A stretch of DNA of 62,039 nt, the filler included, from Stramenopiles sp. TOSAG23-2 (lineage: Eukaryota): the NCBI GenBank assembly GCA_900128395.1. It is 23 parts of 23 records of this genome, joined end to end, with 100 filler letters (N's around TTAATTAATTAA, not from the genome) between each part and the next. Parts side by side here need not be neighbours in the genome. Positions count along the whole stretch, not along the records: positions 8,616 to 11,380 come from LT651535.1; positions 11,481 to 14,245 come from LT651536.1; positions 14,346 to 17,106 come from LT651537.1; positions 17,207 to 19,964 come from LT651538.1; positions 20,065 to 22,820 come from LT651539.1; 18 more parts are not named here. One strand, 5' to 3'. This document shows positions 10,793 to 22,920 of the stretch, in pieces. The position numbers were made by a program, and so were the translations under genes. Position 1 is the first letter of the stretch. The number at the start of each line of letters is the position of its first letter. Under the pieces are notes generated by a model. That model had not been told where the DNA came from. It searched no databases and saw only the letters and a program-made list of their open reading frames with translations.

Positions 10793-12092
10793 ACATGTGC
10801 ACATCAAACGGAAAGCTAAATGGGGGCGATATGTGCATATCTACGCTAACTTTACTATTAATAGCTCTATTAACCCTTTGTCAATTGAGTATTTTTTTTT
10901 GATATTCTAATTTCCCTTTCAAGTATAAATTCAATAAATTATGCGTATAATATTTGAGAGCCCATGTGGGAGAGCTGATGAAAATCGATTCCCATTTAAG
11001 GTATAATGATAGGGTAAAAATCGATGTGCGTGATGAGAGTATACCAGGAGTACCTGGAGTACCCAGAGTACAATTTTTTTGATCTTCTAATTTCTAATTT
11101 CCCCTTTCAAGTATAAATTATGTGCCATTTTTGATAGGTAAAGATATCCAGGACAATACCGAATAACATCTAAAATAATCTAATCATCCTCCATCCTCCG
11201 CACGCGAATAATAATTACTACCAAGTATAATAGTGCAATAATGCCTATATAATAATAAATATAACAACCTGGATGGAAGAATAGTTTTAATCGAAGAATA
11301 AATAAAAAGAAAATGACCATAACCACATGTAGAAAAGAGATCATAGAAATGTACTGACGGGAAAGAAAAACGTTTAATTTNNNNNNNNNNNNNNNNNNNN
11401 NNNNNNNNNNNNNNNNNNNNNNNNTTAATTAATTAANNNNNNNNNNNNNNNNNNNNNNNNNNNNNNNNNNNNNNNNNNNNAACACAACCAAAACTACAAC
11501 GAAAATTGAAAAACAAATGGATGTAATCAGGGTATGTATACAGTGTAAATTAAATATTATATCGTATTTTCAATTTTATCTATATATCGCATCCATTCAC
11601 ATCCCATATCCCATGTGGTTCATCTATAAATATATAAAATATTGGGTGTGTATAAAATGTTAATTAAAAATGTGTCCTAATTTTTTTGTGATTGACCTAT
11701 TATCATTAAGGTTATTATTAAAACAACAAATCATTATCATTATACCTTATATGATATTGTAAACTCGCCAAACCCCATAATTTGACCGTATCCATTCCAT
11801 AATGCTTCCATTATTTCTTCTTCTTCATCTCTCGAAAAAAAACATATATATATTTAAGTTTGTATTTGCAAATTCAGATGTCAACATCAATTATTTTTAC
11901 ATGGGAAAATAAAAAGTTTAATAGTTTTTTGCATGATTTTTAGCTGTATATAATATTATAGCTATTTCCCACATATATTGTTTACTTTTATTTGATATAT
12001 ACTTACTATATTTATATTTCAATATTTTTTTTTTTTTATAATTGCAATTTGAAAATTACAAATTTATTAAAATATTTAAAATTATTTAAAAA

Positions 12093-13631
12093 ATGATAAT
12101 AACAAAACGAACTGCGATGATCCTATTGTTAGTTTCATACATTTTTATATACGTTGCAGCAATTAATGCTGCTGCTGCTGACGATGAAATATCGTATATA
12201 TTAACTGCTGAAAATACTACATTTAGATTAACACCTCAACAACCGCTTCATTTTAATAAAAAATCAAAAGACAACAATGAAATTGAGGAAAGTGCTCAAA
12301 CAAAAACTAATAATAATAATGCAACTACGTTGAAAATTAATCAAAGTATTACATATCAAGAAATTGAAGGATTCGGCGGTGCATTTACTGATAGTTCTAC
12401 GCATGTGTTTGATTCGATGCCAAGTAATTTACAAGATCAATTAGTTGAAATGTATTTTGGAGAAACTGGATTGAAATATAATATGGGTCGTTTAACAATT
12501 GGTAGTTGTGATTTCTCTATGGAATATTATAATTATGATGATGTAAAAGGAGATGTTAATTTAACAAATTTTAATATTTCACATGATGAAGAGCATATTA
12601 TACCTTTCATACAACGTGCAATTAAAGCAGCAAATGCGAGTATTAAGTTTGTTGCATCTCCATGGAGTGCACCAGCATGGATGAAGAAAAATAACCATAT
12701 GAATTGCGATTTAGGGCCGTGGACATGCGTGTTAAAGGACGACGCTACAATTCAACAAGCATGGGCTCAATATTTTTCAAAATATATTGATTCTTATAAA
12801 AAAAATAATATTAATATATGGGGAATAACAATTCAAAACGAACCAGAAGCACAAACTGGTAATATCGTATATGAAGGTATGCATTTTACTCCAGATACTG
12901 AAAAAGCATTTTTAATGAATCATCTTGGACCGGTAATGGAATCAAACCACCCAGATGTCAATGTATTAATTTATGATCACAATAAAGATCACATCGTCGA
13001 ATGGGCTCAAACTATTTTAGGAGATCCAAAAAGTGCAAAATATGTATGGGGCACTGCATTTCATTGGTATACTGGTCCATATTTTGAGAATTTAGCAAAG
13101 ACACACGAGTTATTTCCTAAATTCAAATTGTTATCCACGGAAAGTACCAGTGCAAGGCAAAAGACTGGCACATATAATGTACCAGAGTGGAAGAAAGGGG
13201 AACATTATGGGATGGAAATTATTGGTGATTTGAATAATTGGTCTGTTGGTTTTATTGATTGGAATTTGTTATTAGATAAATTTGGTGCTCCGTCACATGC
13301 AGATCCGACTGGAGGCTTGTGTGAAAAGTTAGTAAAATGTGGAAGTGATTCTATGGTAATATATCAAGATGGAAAATTATATCCACAAATATTTTATTAT
13401 TATATGGGACATGTCTCAAAATATGTTCCAGGAGGATCTGTAAGAATTGGTTTACATGCTAGTAATGAAAATGCAGTAATTGCCACTGCAATGAAAACAC
13501 CGAATGGTAAAACGGTTGTAATAGCTATGAATCCATTTGATGGACCACTCGATGTAACATTGGAAGATCCATCACATGGGGTAGCAACTACTACATTATT
13601 ACCACATTCAATAGCAACTTTTGTTTATTAA
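12093..13631 (+). CDS. Glycoside hydrolase family 30, glucosylceramidase-like, with signal peptide
   Basis: YQEIEGFGGAFTD, IGSCDFS, ASPWSAPAWMK, ITIQNEP (acid/base), AFHWY, LSTE (nucleophile), IDWNL, YYYMGHVSKYV. Confidence 0.95.
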   Translation: MIITKRTAMILLLVSYIFIYVAAINAAAADDEISYILTAENTTFRLTPQQPLHFNKKSKDNNEIEESAQTKTNNNNATTLKINQSITYQEIEGFGGAFTDSSTHVFDSMPSNLQDQLVEMYFGETGLKYNMGRLTIGSCDFSMEYYNYDDVKGDVNLTNFNISHDEEHIIPFIQRAIKAANASIKFVASPWSAPAWMKKNNHMNCDLGPWTCVLKDDATIQQAWAQYFSKYIDSYKKNNINIWGITIQNEPEAQTGNIVYEGMHFTPDTEKAFLMNHLGPVMESNHPDVNVLIYDHNKDHIVEWAQTILGDPKSAKYVWGTAFHWYTGPYFENLAKTHELFPKFKLLSTESTSARQKTGTYNVPEWKKGEHYGMEIIGDLNNWSVGFIDWNLLLDKFGAPSHADPTGGLCEKLVKCGSDSMVIYQDGKLYPQIFYYYMGHVSKYVPGGSVRIGLHASNENAVIATAMKTPNGKTVVIAMNPFDGPLDVTLEDPSHGVATTTLLPHSIATFVY

Positions 13632-14447
13632 CTTTTTACCCTGTGAAGCTACTGAGGTTGAATTTGATTTTTTTAAATTATAAATAATTTACATATTTAT
13701 TATATACGCGAAATAATAATTAAACACATTTACACATCTCTTTAAAATACTAAGTCGTCGAGTGCCTCCTTATATAATAGCCTCGCTGCTTTGCATTTTG
13801 CACCTTTTCATCACATCAGTATTTCCTTCAATATAGATAGACGAGAAGACAGAAAAAAGGGGGCGGGCTGCTACGGAAGATCATAAATTTAAAATAACAG
13901 GAACACAGCACTACTTATTATTAGAAAAAAATAAATTGGCCCAAAAATTCCTTCTTTCTTAAAAAAATTATATTTTATAAATAATATAGATGTATAGATG
14001 AAACAAGTTGAAATGATGTGGAAGATTCTTTTCATATATGAGATTTTATTAAAAAAGTCTCTAAAGAATATTTTTAATTGCAATCATCGTGCTCTAAAAG
14101 AAAAAAACATACTGTAGTGTGTGGAATTTCTATTCAAGAGTATATATATATATAATATTTTCAACAAAGAATTACAAATTATAATCCAGTTTTTTAAAAC
14201 TATATAATTTAATAATTTGGTGAAAATAATGTTACATATGATGAANNNNNNNNNNNNNNNNNNNNNNNNNNNNNNNNNNNNNNNNNNNNTTAATTAATTA
14301 ANNNNNNNNNNNNNNNNNNNNNNNNNNNNNNNNNNNNNNNNNNNNAATCAGCATATGCTTCATCTTGAAATTTAGTTACATGATCTGCCATAGTATATTT
14401 ATTTTAAAGTCTATATGTTAAAACTATTAATTTGTATCTACCTATGC

Positions 14448-14453
14448 GTGTGT

Positions 14454-14490
<37 letters not shown>

Positions 14491-14500
14491 TGTGTCTGTG
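14448..14500. repeat. (GT)n microsatellite
   Basis: Directly visible GT run with occasional CT interruptions. Confidence 0.95.
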
Positions 14501-15350
14501 ATATTAATATACTTTACTCGGATATCTATGTATACACGTATTACGTTGTGTATATGTTGTATTGTCACTCTTGTTTATATATGTTTATGTATATTTATGA
14601 TTGTTACCAGTATAGTAGAAAGTGTGTGAGTTTCTTCTATCTAATAAATAATATAATAAATAATAATAAAAAAAAATATATAAGTTGCATATACTATACG
14701 ATTTTTCAACTGATAAGATGGAGTTATTGTATGTATTATGAAACAAGATGAATTAAATGAAATACATTATTATAAATTGGTATGAAGTAAAATAAATTGA
14801 TAATTTAAATGGAAATTTTAATCATACGTAGTAAATAAATGGCATACATGGCATGTAACTCGGCAATTTAATAGATAATCATCTTCTTACAAATTTTTTT
14901 TAAACGAATCTAATTTTTCTTTACTTTTTTTCCATGGTATACTATAGAAGTGGTAAATCTAAATAAGTTTCGTAAACTTTTATCTACAAAACGAATTATA
15001 CGTAGTATAATTAGTATAAAATTTATCATAAATATGCTCAAAATCCGAAATATGTTGTAATATTATTCTGTATGAAAATAAGATGTGGTGGTGTGGTGGT
15101 GTGTGGTGATACGGTGCTGTGTTATACTGTGTGTTGTTGCATTATGCTATTATTATTATATGCTGTGTGCTGTGTTACGCTGTTATTATACGCTGCGTTG
15201 CTAAAAATAAATGCTGTCGTCAAAAAGCTGGAAAGATTGGGAGAGTTCTTTTGTTTAATTTGTGTTTTTGTGTTTTTTTTTTCAGATTTTCGATTTTCAA
15301 TATTAGAACATATTATCTTTGTACTTAAATGGTATCTTAGTATACACCTA

Positions 15351-15742
15351 TAGGGGTTCAAAAACCTGGTCCACAGTATTCACCTGCTATAGATACAATG
15401 GATACACAAGATAGACATACCATTGTAAATGTTTGATAGAATATATTCGCTAATATTTAGTATAGAATAAGTACGAAGTGGATCACGCGGCCAAATAAAT
15501 ATAATATCGTAATACCATTACCATGCTATGTAGTGTATAATTACTATAGCAGGTGAATACTGTGGACCAAATAAATATAATATGGTAATACCATTACCAT
15601 GCTATGTAGTGTATAATTACTATAGCAGGTGAATACTGTGGACCAAATAAATATAATATCGTAATACCATTACCATGCTATGTAGTGTATATACCTCTAT
15701 AGCAGGTGAATACTGTGGATGGACCAGGTTTTTGAACCATAC
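15351..15742. mobile_element. MITE-like element with ~39-bp terminal inverted repeats and three internal 76-bp tandem units
   Basis: GGTTCAAAAACCTGGTCCACAGTATTCACCTGCTATAGA (15355-15393) is inverted at 15696-15738 with a 4-bp TGGA duplication. Tandem units start at 15491, 15567 and 15643. Confidence 0.75.
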
Positions 15743-15968
15743 ATAGGACCCAAATGGTTTTTCCTATCGAATGACTCTTAATATGTACTTGAAAGGGATA
15801 TTAGAATACTGAATCCGTTAGGATAAAAATAATACGAATATTTTTTGTACACATTAATATATATATATATACCACATGGCTAATAAAACATATAGAATGA
15901 GCTAAATGATCAATTGGCAAAGTGATAAGGGTCGTCTGATGATCATCATAAAACACGATATATAATCT

Positions 15969-16182
15969 CTACTGTATTGATCAAGAGACAAAGAGACGGC
16001 AAGAGAATTTTTTTTTGGATTTTGATCAAGAGGCAGAAAGACGGCAAGAGAAAAGTTTTTTGCTGTGTGTTCCCAGTGTCCGTGTTTATTGGATTTGTAG
16101 ACGATCATCATATTGTATAATTTCTATTACTGTATTGATCAAGAGACAGAGAGACGGCAAGAGGAGAGTTTTTGCTGTGTGT
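15969..16182. repeat. Three imperfect copies of GATCAAGAG(A/G)CA..AGACGGCAAGAG
   Basis: Copies near 15979, 16024 and 16137, just upstream of the ATG at 16221. Confidence 0.8.
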
Positions 16183-16220
16183 CGTATTTATTGGCCAAGA
16201 AAACGTTTATACAAACAAAT

Positions 16221-16238
16221 ATGAAGACATTATCATCA

Positions 16239-16273
<35 letters not shown>

Positions 16274-17106
16274 GCAACAATTGTATCCTAAAAACATTGA
16301 TGTAAGATCCTCTTATCATAATATCAGTCAACAACGTAGGAATTCAATTTATAATGAATATCAACGTAAAGTAAATACAAAAAACAAAAAAAAAACAACA
16401 AAAAACAATAACAATAAGAATAAACGACGAAAACAACGTACGAAACAAATGAAAATATTACAACCATTAACATTACAACATTCACCATCAAGAGAAATTA
16501 AACATTTTGTTACCGGTTCACCAATGACACCACATAAATCAATATCAATGCCTATAATCAATTCTAAATTAACGAAAAAAATATTAAGAAAACGACAAAA
16601 AAAAAAAAAGAACAACAACATTAATAATAATAAAGATCATCATAGTACATTTTACAAAAAAAAAAACAGGAAACCTAGAAATAATGATATAAATAAACAT
16701 CATATTATATTATTAATTGATACCAATGTCAATTTTACAGCAAATCAAAATGAACAGATCAAACGTACTATGGAATCATCATTACCATTACCATATATAT
16801 ATCAAAAACGTTCCATATTTGGCAATACAAAAGTATTATCATCCTCCTTTCCAGTAAAAACATCTTCTGAAAATATTGGTAATAGAAAATCTAGAACATA
16901 TAATAGCAACAATAATAATAATAATAATAATAATAATATAAAGCATAAAAACAATCGACATCGTATGCAAACCACAAATAATCATCGCGTGAAAGTGCGA
17001 TTACGATATAAACCTGAAATAGTTCCAGGTGTATATTTTGGTGGTACAAAGGACGCTGCTGCATTTTGCGAATTATTATGCCCTAGTGATGTATTAGTAG
17101 ACATTA
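16221..17106 (+). CDS. Asn/Lys-rich protein with internal MIF/tautomerase-like segments (3' partial)
   Basis: First in-frame ATG at 16221. ILLIDTNVNF and VKVRL..PGVYFGGTKDAAAFCEL resemble MIF motifs. Confidence 0.55.
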
Positions 17107-17206
17107 NNNNNNNNNNNNNNNNNNNNNNNNNNNNNNNNNNNNNNNNNNNNTTAATTAATTAANNNNNNNNNNNNNNNNNNNNNNNNNNNNNNNNNNNNNN
17201 NNNNNN

Positions 17207-19963
17207 TTCACTCACATCCTTACGATATTCTGGATCACCAGTACGCTGGTATCGACCACGATTCAAATTACCAATTATATTACGTAATTTATTGTACCAA
17301 TCCATAAATATATTACCACCACCTTCTGGACATATCGTTGTCACTTTACCTGATGATGATACCAATTCTATACCACGTCCATCGCCTGGTAAACCTTTCT
17401 TTGTTACCATACGCACACCAACAATATCACGTAAATTTATCTCACCTTTTGCATTGTTTTTTGATTTATTACCATTGTAAAATTTATCACTACTTGCATC
17501 ATCACGATGGAAATACAATATACTATTACGCCACAAACTCAAAAATTGACGTTTCCATTTACCAAATATACCATATCCACCACGACGCTTGATCCATCCT
17601 TTATGACTCAAATTATCACGAGTACGTAACGACGATTTTGGTACATGCATACTAACACGCATACCTGGTTTCGATGCATTCGTTGTATTACCAATATTAT
17701 TGATTGGATACATTGGACCTGATACATCACTTACGTCATCATTATCAAACATACCAATATTATAATCAGATGATTTACTTTCATCCAAATCCCATACATC
17801 AACATTGTACGAGTCAACATCGTTCAATGATAATTGAATATCATTCATTGTACCTTTACCAAATTGACGTGGATTTATTTCACTCACATCTTTACGATAT
17901 TCTGGATCACCAGTACGCTGGTATCGACCACGATTCAAATTACCAATTATATTACGTAATTTATTGTACCAATCCATAAATATATTACCACCACCTTCTG
18001 GACATATCGTTGTCACTTTACCTGATGATGATACCAATTCTATACCACGTCCATCGCCTGGTAAACCTTTCTTTGTTACCATACGCACACCAACAATATC
18101 ACGTAAATTTATCTCACCTTTTGCATTGTTTTTTGATTTATTACCATTGTAAAATTTATCACTACTTGCATCATCACGATGGAAATACAATATACTATTA
18201 CGCCACAAACTCAAAAATTGACGTTTCCATTTACCAAATATACCATATCCACCACGACGCTTGATCCATCCTTTATGACTCAAATTATCACGCGTACGTA
18301 ACGACGATTTTGGTACATGCATACTAACACGCATACCTGGTTTCGATGCATTCTTTGTATCACCAATATTATTACGACGGTACATTGTATTGGTATTGGT
18401 AGGACCAATATCCATATTGTATTGATCAATATGCTTTCCTTCATGCGGTGCTGGTAGTCGCAGATTCGGTATTTGTTTATACGATTTCTGTTGTACATTG
18501 TTTAATGCAGATACCAATACTGGAAGGTCCTCAATATTTGGTGATATATTCCAAGTTCGTTTTGGTGTACTTAATTTTACTATTGGTTTATCACCATCCG
18601 TATTTATATCTACCGATGTTACCGTCGTTAAATCAATAAAGCCCTTAGCCATATTGCGATGTGTATCACCTTTCAAAAACTTATTATAGTCATTTTCCTT
18701 ACCAAAATAGTAAAGTATCAGGGAATTCCACAATCCCCAATATCGCATTTTCCATCGTTTATTTACTTTACCTAACTTCCATGCCCATCCACGCCAACTA
18801 ATACCATTAGAATCTTCAGTAGCTAGATTTTGGGATATGTTACTACTTCCATATCGAAGCAATGGATTCGTTTTTGGTGGTGATGATCCTCGTAACACAT
18901 ACGCACCTCGTGATTCTACACGTTTCAAATACAATCTAGTAGATATACTCTCGTCGTCCTTTTCATTACCAGAATTATTAAATTTATTTATACCAGATCG
19001 ACCAGACTTCCTATCATCGGAATTTACATTAACATTTATATTAACTTTCAAATTATGCCTTTTATCATACTTGTCATCAATAATATCGTTATTATTATCA
19101 TCGTCAAACATACCAATATTATAATCAGATGATTTACTTTCATCCAAATCCCATACATCAACATTGTACGAGTCAACATCGTTCAATGATAATTGAATAT
19201 CATTCATTGTACCTTTACCAAATTGACGTGGATTTATTTCACTCACATCTTTACGATATTCTGGATCACCAGTACGCTGGTATCGACCACGATTCAAATT
19301 ACCAATTATATTACGTAATTTATTGTACCAATCCATAAATATATTACCACCACCTTCTGGACATATCGTTGTCACTTTACCTGATGATGATACCAATTCT
19401 ATACCACGTCCATCGCCTGGTAAACCTTTCTTTGTTACCATACGCACACCAACAATATCACGTAAATTTATCTCACCTTTTGCATTGTTTTTTGATTTAT
19501 TACCATTGTAAAATTTATCACTACTTGCATCATCACGATGGAAATACAATATACTATTACGCCACAAACTCAAAAATTGACGTTTCCATTTACCAAATAT
19601 ACCATATCCACCACGACGCTTGATCCATCCTTTATGACTCAAATTATCACGAGTACGTAACGACGATTTTGGTACATGCATACTAACACGCATACCTGGT
19701 TTCGATGCATTCGTTGTATTACCAATATTATTGATTGGATACATTGGACCTGATACATCACTTACGTCATCATTATCAAACATACCAATATTATAATCAG
19801 ATGATTTACTTTCATTCAAATCCCATACATCAACATTGTACGAGTTAACATCGTTCAATGATGATTGAATATCATTCATTGTACCTTTACCAAATTGACG
19901 TGGATTTATTTCACTCACATCTTTACGATATTCTGGATCACCAGTACGCTGGTATCGACCACG
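17207..19963 (-). CDS. Multi-PH-domain protein, partial at both ends
   Basis: Three near-identical PH domains (HKGWIKRRGGYGIFGKWKRQFLSL..KGEINL..DWYNKL) and one divergent PH (WRGWAWKLGKVNKRWKMRYWGL..KGFIDL..TPKRTW). The frame is open across the whole contig. Confidence 0.9.
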
Positions 19964-20066
19964 ANNNNNNNNNNNNNNNNNNNNNNNNNNNNNNNNNNNN
20001 NNNNNNNNTTAATTAATTAANNNNNNNNNNNNNNNNNNNNNNNNNNNNNNNNNNNNNNNNNNNNAC

Positions 20067-20336
20067 CGTAGCCGCCGCGTACATGAACGTGTAGGCACAT
20101 TAACCGAAAAATATGATAATATCGTGAACAACCTGTGTGAAAAAATGATTGTATGGAATGATTTTTTAAAAGAAAAAAGTGGTGATGATAATAATGATAT
20201 GAAGAATTCTACAGCTTCTTCTGTTGATTATGAATCTATGAAATATGCTGCGTTAAGAACGTTATGTAAAGAAAGAGGAATTAATGCAGCTGGTAAAAAA
20301 GTTGATTTGATTAGAAAATTGAAAGAAGCAGATTGA
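20067..20336 (+). CDS. SAP-domain protein, C-terminal part
   Basis: YESMKYAALRTLCKERGINAAGKKVDLIRKL is a SAP motif. Confidence 0.85.
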   Translation, partial: RSRRVHERVGTLTEKYDNIVNNLCEKMIVWNDFLKEKSGDDNNDMKNSTASSVDYESMKYAALRTLCKERGINAAGKKVDLIRKLKEAD

Positions 20337-20412
20337 TATTTTGTGTGATTATGAGTAGGCTGATGAGAGGCGAGATGTACTCGTACGTATAAAAGTACGG
20401 TTTCGTACATTA

Positions 20413-21012
20413 ATATACTTTAATAAATATTATATTTATCCAAAGTGTCTTCCAGATGAATCGTATCCTGTTGCATTATTTGTCGAACATCATGTTAGTG
20501 GAAATTGGTATATGTACAAGACTATTGAAGAATTTCAAACAATGTTGCAAAGTTTAAATACCCGTGGTATTCGTGAATCCAAGTTATTCGATGAATTGAA
20601 TTGGCGTGCAGATAATATCAAGGAAGGCATGGAATTTTTACAAGATACCAGGAGAAGAACAACTACTAGCAATAAAAACGATAACATTGGTGTAAATGCT
20701 CGTTTAAATCAAATTAAAAGCACGTTGATAAAATATGCAACAAAAGTAAAATTACCACGTAGTATTGATGAAACACAATGGAAAGTATGGATGACCAAAG
20801 TCAATTCATTACAAGGTAATTTATCAAATACTATTCCTTTAGTACTAGAATATGAACAAATGCTTTATCAATTTGATGTTTTAAAATGGACTGGCAAATT
20901 GCATGATAGACGATTATGGATATATGCATGTTCAAATGCAAAAAATTTATCCTACTTGCATATGAAAATCATACAATTGAAACAAGAGTGTGACTATGAA
21001 ATGTATACGTAA
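20413..21012 (+). CDS. WHIM2/WHIM3 (WSD; BAZ1/DDT-protein type) C-terminal fragment
   Basis: YFNKYYIY..ALFVE..GNWYMYKTIEEFQTMLQSLNTRGIRESKL matches the WHIM L..L..RG.RE..L motif. The frame is open upstream of the annotated ATG. Confidence 0.7.
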   Translation: MYFNKYYIYPKCLPDESYPVALFVEHHVSGNWYMYKTIEEFQTMLQSLNTRGIRESKLFDELNWRADNIKEGMEFLQDTRRRTTTSNKNDNIGVNARLNQIKSTLIKYATKVKLPRSIDETQWKVWMTKVNSLQGNLSNTIPLVLEYEQMLYQFDVLKWTGKLHDRRLWIYACSNAKNLSYLHMKIIQLKQECDYEMYT

Positions 21013-21466
21013 AGCAACAGGTAATATGTTGTCATGTTGTTATGTTGTTGGTTGTATAAATTTTTTACGTCGTATACCATTAAAAATATAAAGTATACAA
21101 GAATTTATACTTAAATATTTATTTTACATGTACCTGTATACACTTTACTTGCCCGATGGGCATATGATATAAGTTATTTCCAAATATGAATTGCTTTTCA
21201 AAGAAGATATTAAACGTGCAAATGAAAGTATACTTGAGAGAACTAAGAAATCTCATGAATTATATGTATCGCAAAATTATAAAGTTGATATGGTGGGTAA
21301 TAGTAATTCTAGTCTGAGCAAAAGTTAAAAAGTTTGACCAAAGAAAAGAGAAAGGAGAAAAGAAAAGTGAAGATTAATGTGCTGTATTAAGACATCGTGT
21401 GTGTGTATAAATAAAAGGTGTTATTATATACATCATTCGTAAATAAAAAGAAACTTTTTTTTTTAA

Positions 21467-22813
21467 TTAACAACCAAAACTCCATTCTTCTTTCAATATT
21501 CTTCTTATTTTATCTTGATGTTCATAAAATTTTTCTTTTTTATTTAAAATGTATGCAGCAAATGCTTTTGCTGCACCAGGGCCTTGCATGATGCCTTCCG
21601 GTCCAAATCCACTAGCTATATACAAATTTGTATGTCCATCATATTGTGAAAACTGTTTTAATATTGGATATCCAGACATACTAAATGGCATTACACCTGT
21701 CCAATTTCCTTGAATTGGTATATTTTTAAGGGTTGGTAGAAAATTATATACATATTTCCGATTTTCATTTAAATGATTTAAATTCAATTCATAATCATTA
21801 ACATTATTTGCCTTTGTACGTCCACCACCAAATAAAATCGACCCATCTTTATTTTGTCTTCCATATGAATGAAACGTTATGCGTTTCCCATCAACATGTG
21901 TTAAACAATATGGATATTGCATTTTAATATTTTTGGTATTTCCATTACGTGTATGGTGCCATGTAAAATGTGACGCTCCATTGAAAATTACATGTTTTAA
22001 TGTTTGTAATGGTGCTACTTCAGTCAACCATATTGAACCTTTGACAGGAACAACACTAAATGTTTCCCAAAAACTTTCAGAATGAAGATATTTTGTATCT
22101 TTAAATATTTGTTGCAAAAAAAAATTCGTATTAACTCCAGCTGCCAATACAACTTTTCTTGCTTTCAATACTATATTTTTTTTCATATCAGAAGAAGAAG
22201 AAGAAGAATCATGGGATGTTACAGTCACATTATAATGATAATTGCTACAAGTATTATTATTATTATTAGTAGTATTATCTCGTGCAATTTTTAATACTGT
22301 ATTATTTTCTAATATTTGAACACCTAATTGTTCAGCTGCTTCACCAATAGTAATAGCCAATTGCATTGGTTGGACATGACTACTTAATGGCGTTAATACA
22401 GCACCTATTACAGGCGTATCTAAACCTGGTTCTATTTCTTTTGGATTAGATATATATTTCAAATTGAAACCTCTAGATATTAATTTCTTTGTATTTTCAA
22501 TATAATGATTTGCTTGTTGTTCTGTAAAAACCAATGTTAAAGCACCAGATTGAACATATTCAAAATCAAAACCTTTTTCATATAATCTATTTAAAAAATC
22601 AGTAGTACTTTGGGTTACGCAAGCCTCTGCATCATTATAATCTCCATATCCCATGCACCATAATGTCCCCGCAGATAATCCAGTTGCACCACTACCTATT
22701 GTAGATTTTTCAATTACTAATACTTTACAATCTGGTTGAAATGTTTTTAAAAAATACGATATTGAAATGCCAACTATCCCACCACCAACTATTAATATAT
22801 CAAATATATATCT
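21467..22813 (-). CDS. FAD-dependent oxidoreductase, DAO/glycine oxidase/sarcosine oxidase family
   Basis: Manual upstream extension gives DILIVGGGIVGISIS..VLVIEK..GSGATGLSAG. Also VVLAAG, PVKG, WTGVMPFS and ASGFGPEGIMQGP. Confidence 0.92.
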   Translation of the reverse strand, partial: RYIFDILIVGGGIVGISISYFLKTFQPDCKVLVIEKSTIGSGATGLSAGTLWCMGYGDYNDAEACVTQSTTDFLNRLYEKGFDFEYVQSGALTLVFTEQQANHYIENTKKLISRGFNLKYISNPKEIEPGLDTPVIGAVLTPLSSHVQPMQLAITIGEAAEQLGVQILENNTVLKIARDNTTNNNNNTCSNYHYNVTVTSHDSSSSSSDMKKNIVLKARKVVLAAGVNTNFFLQQIFKDTKYLHSESFWETFSVVPVKGSIWLTEVAPLQTLKHVIFNGASHFTWHHTRNGNTKNIKMQYPYCLTHVDGKRITFHSYGRQNKDGSILFGGGRTKANNVNDYELNLNHLNENRKYVYNFLPTLKNIPIQGNWTGVMPFSMSGYPILKQFSQYDGHTNLYIASGFGPEGIMQGPGAAKAFAAYILNKKEKFYEHQDKIRRILKEEWSFGC

Positions 22814-22920
22814 TTATAATNNNNNNNNNNNNNNNNNNNNNNNNNNNNNNNNNNNNNNNNNNNNTTAATTAATTAANNNNNNNNNNNNNNNNNNNNNNNN
22901 NNNNNNNNNNNNNNNNNNNN

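Noticed and set aside
14432-15361. Short Cys/Val/Tyr-rich ORFs
   Set aside because: Translations of GT/AT microsatellite and low-complexity intergenic DNA.
15491-15719. 76-bp repeats as a CRISPR array
   Set aside because: Units are near-identical along their full length with no unique spacers; no cas genes; eukaryotic context.
20360-20410. CTGATGA as a hammerhead ribozyme core (also at 10976-10982)
   Set aside because: No GAAA after stem II and no convincing stems I/III.
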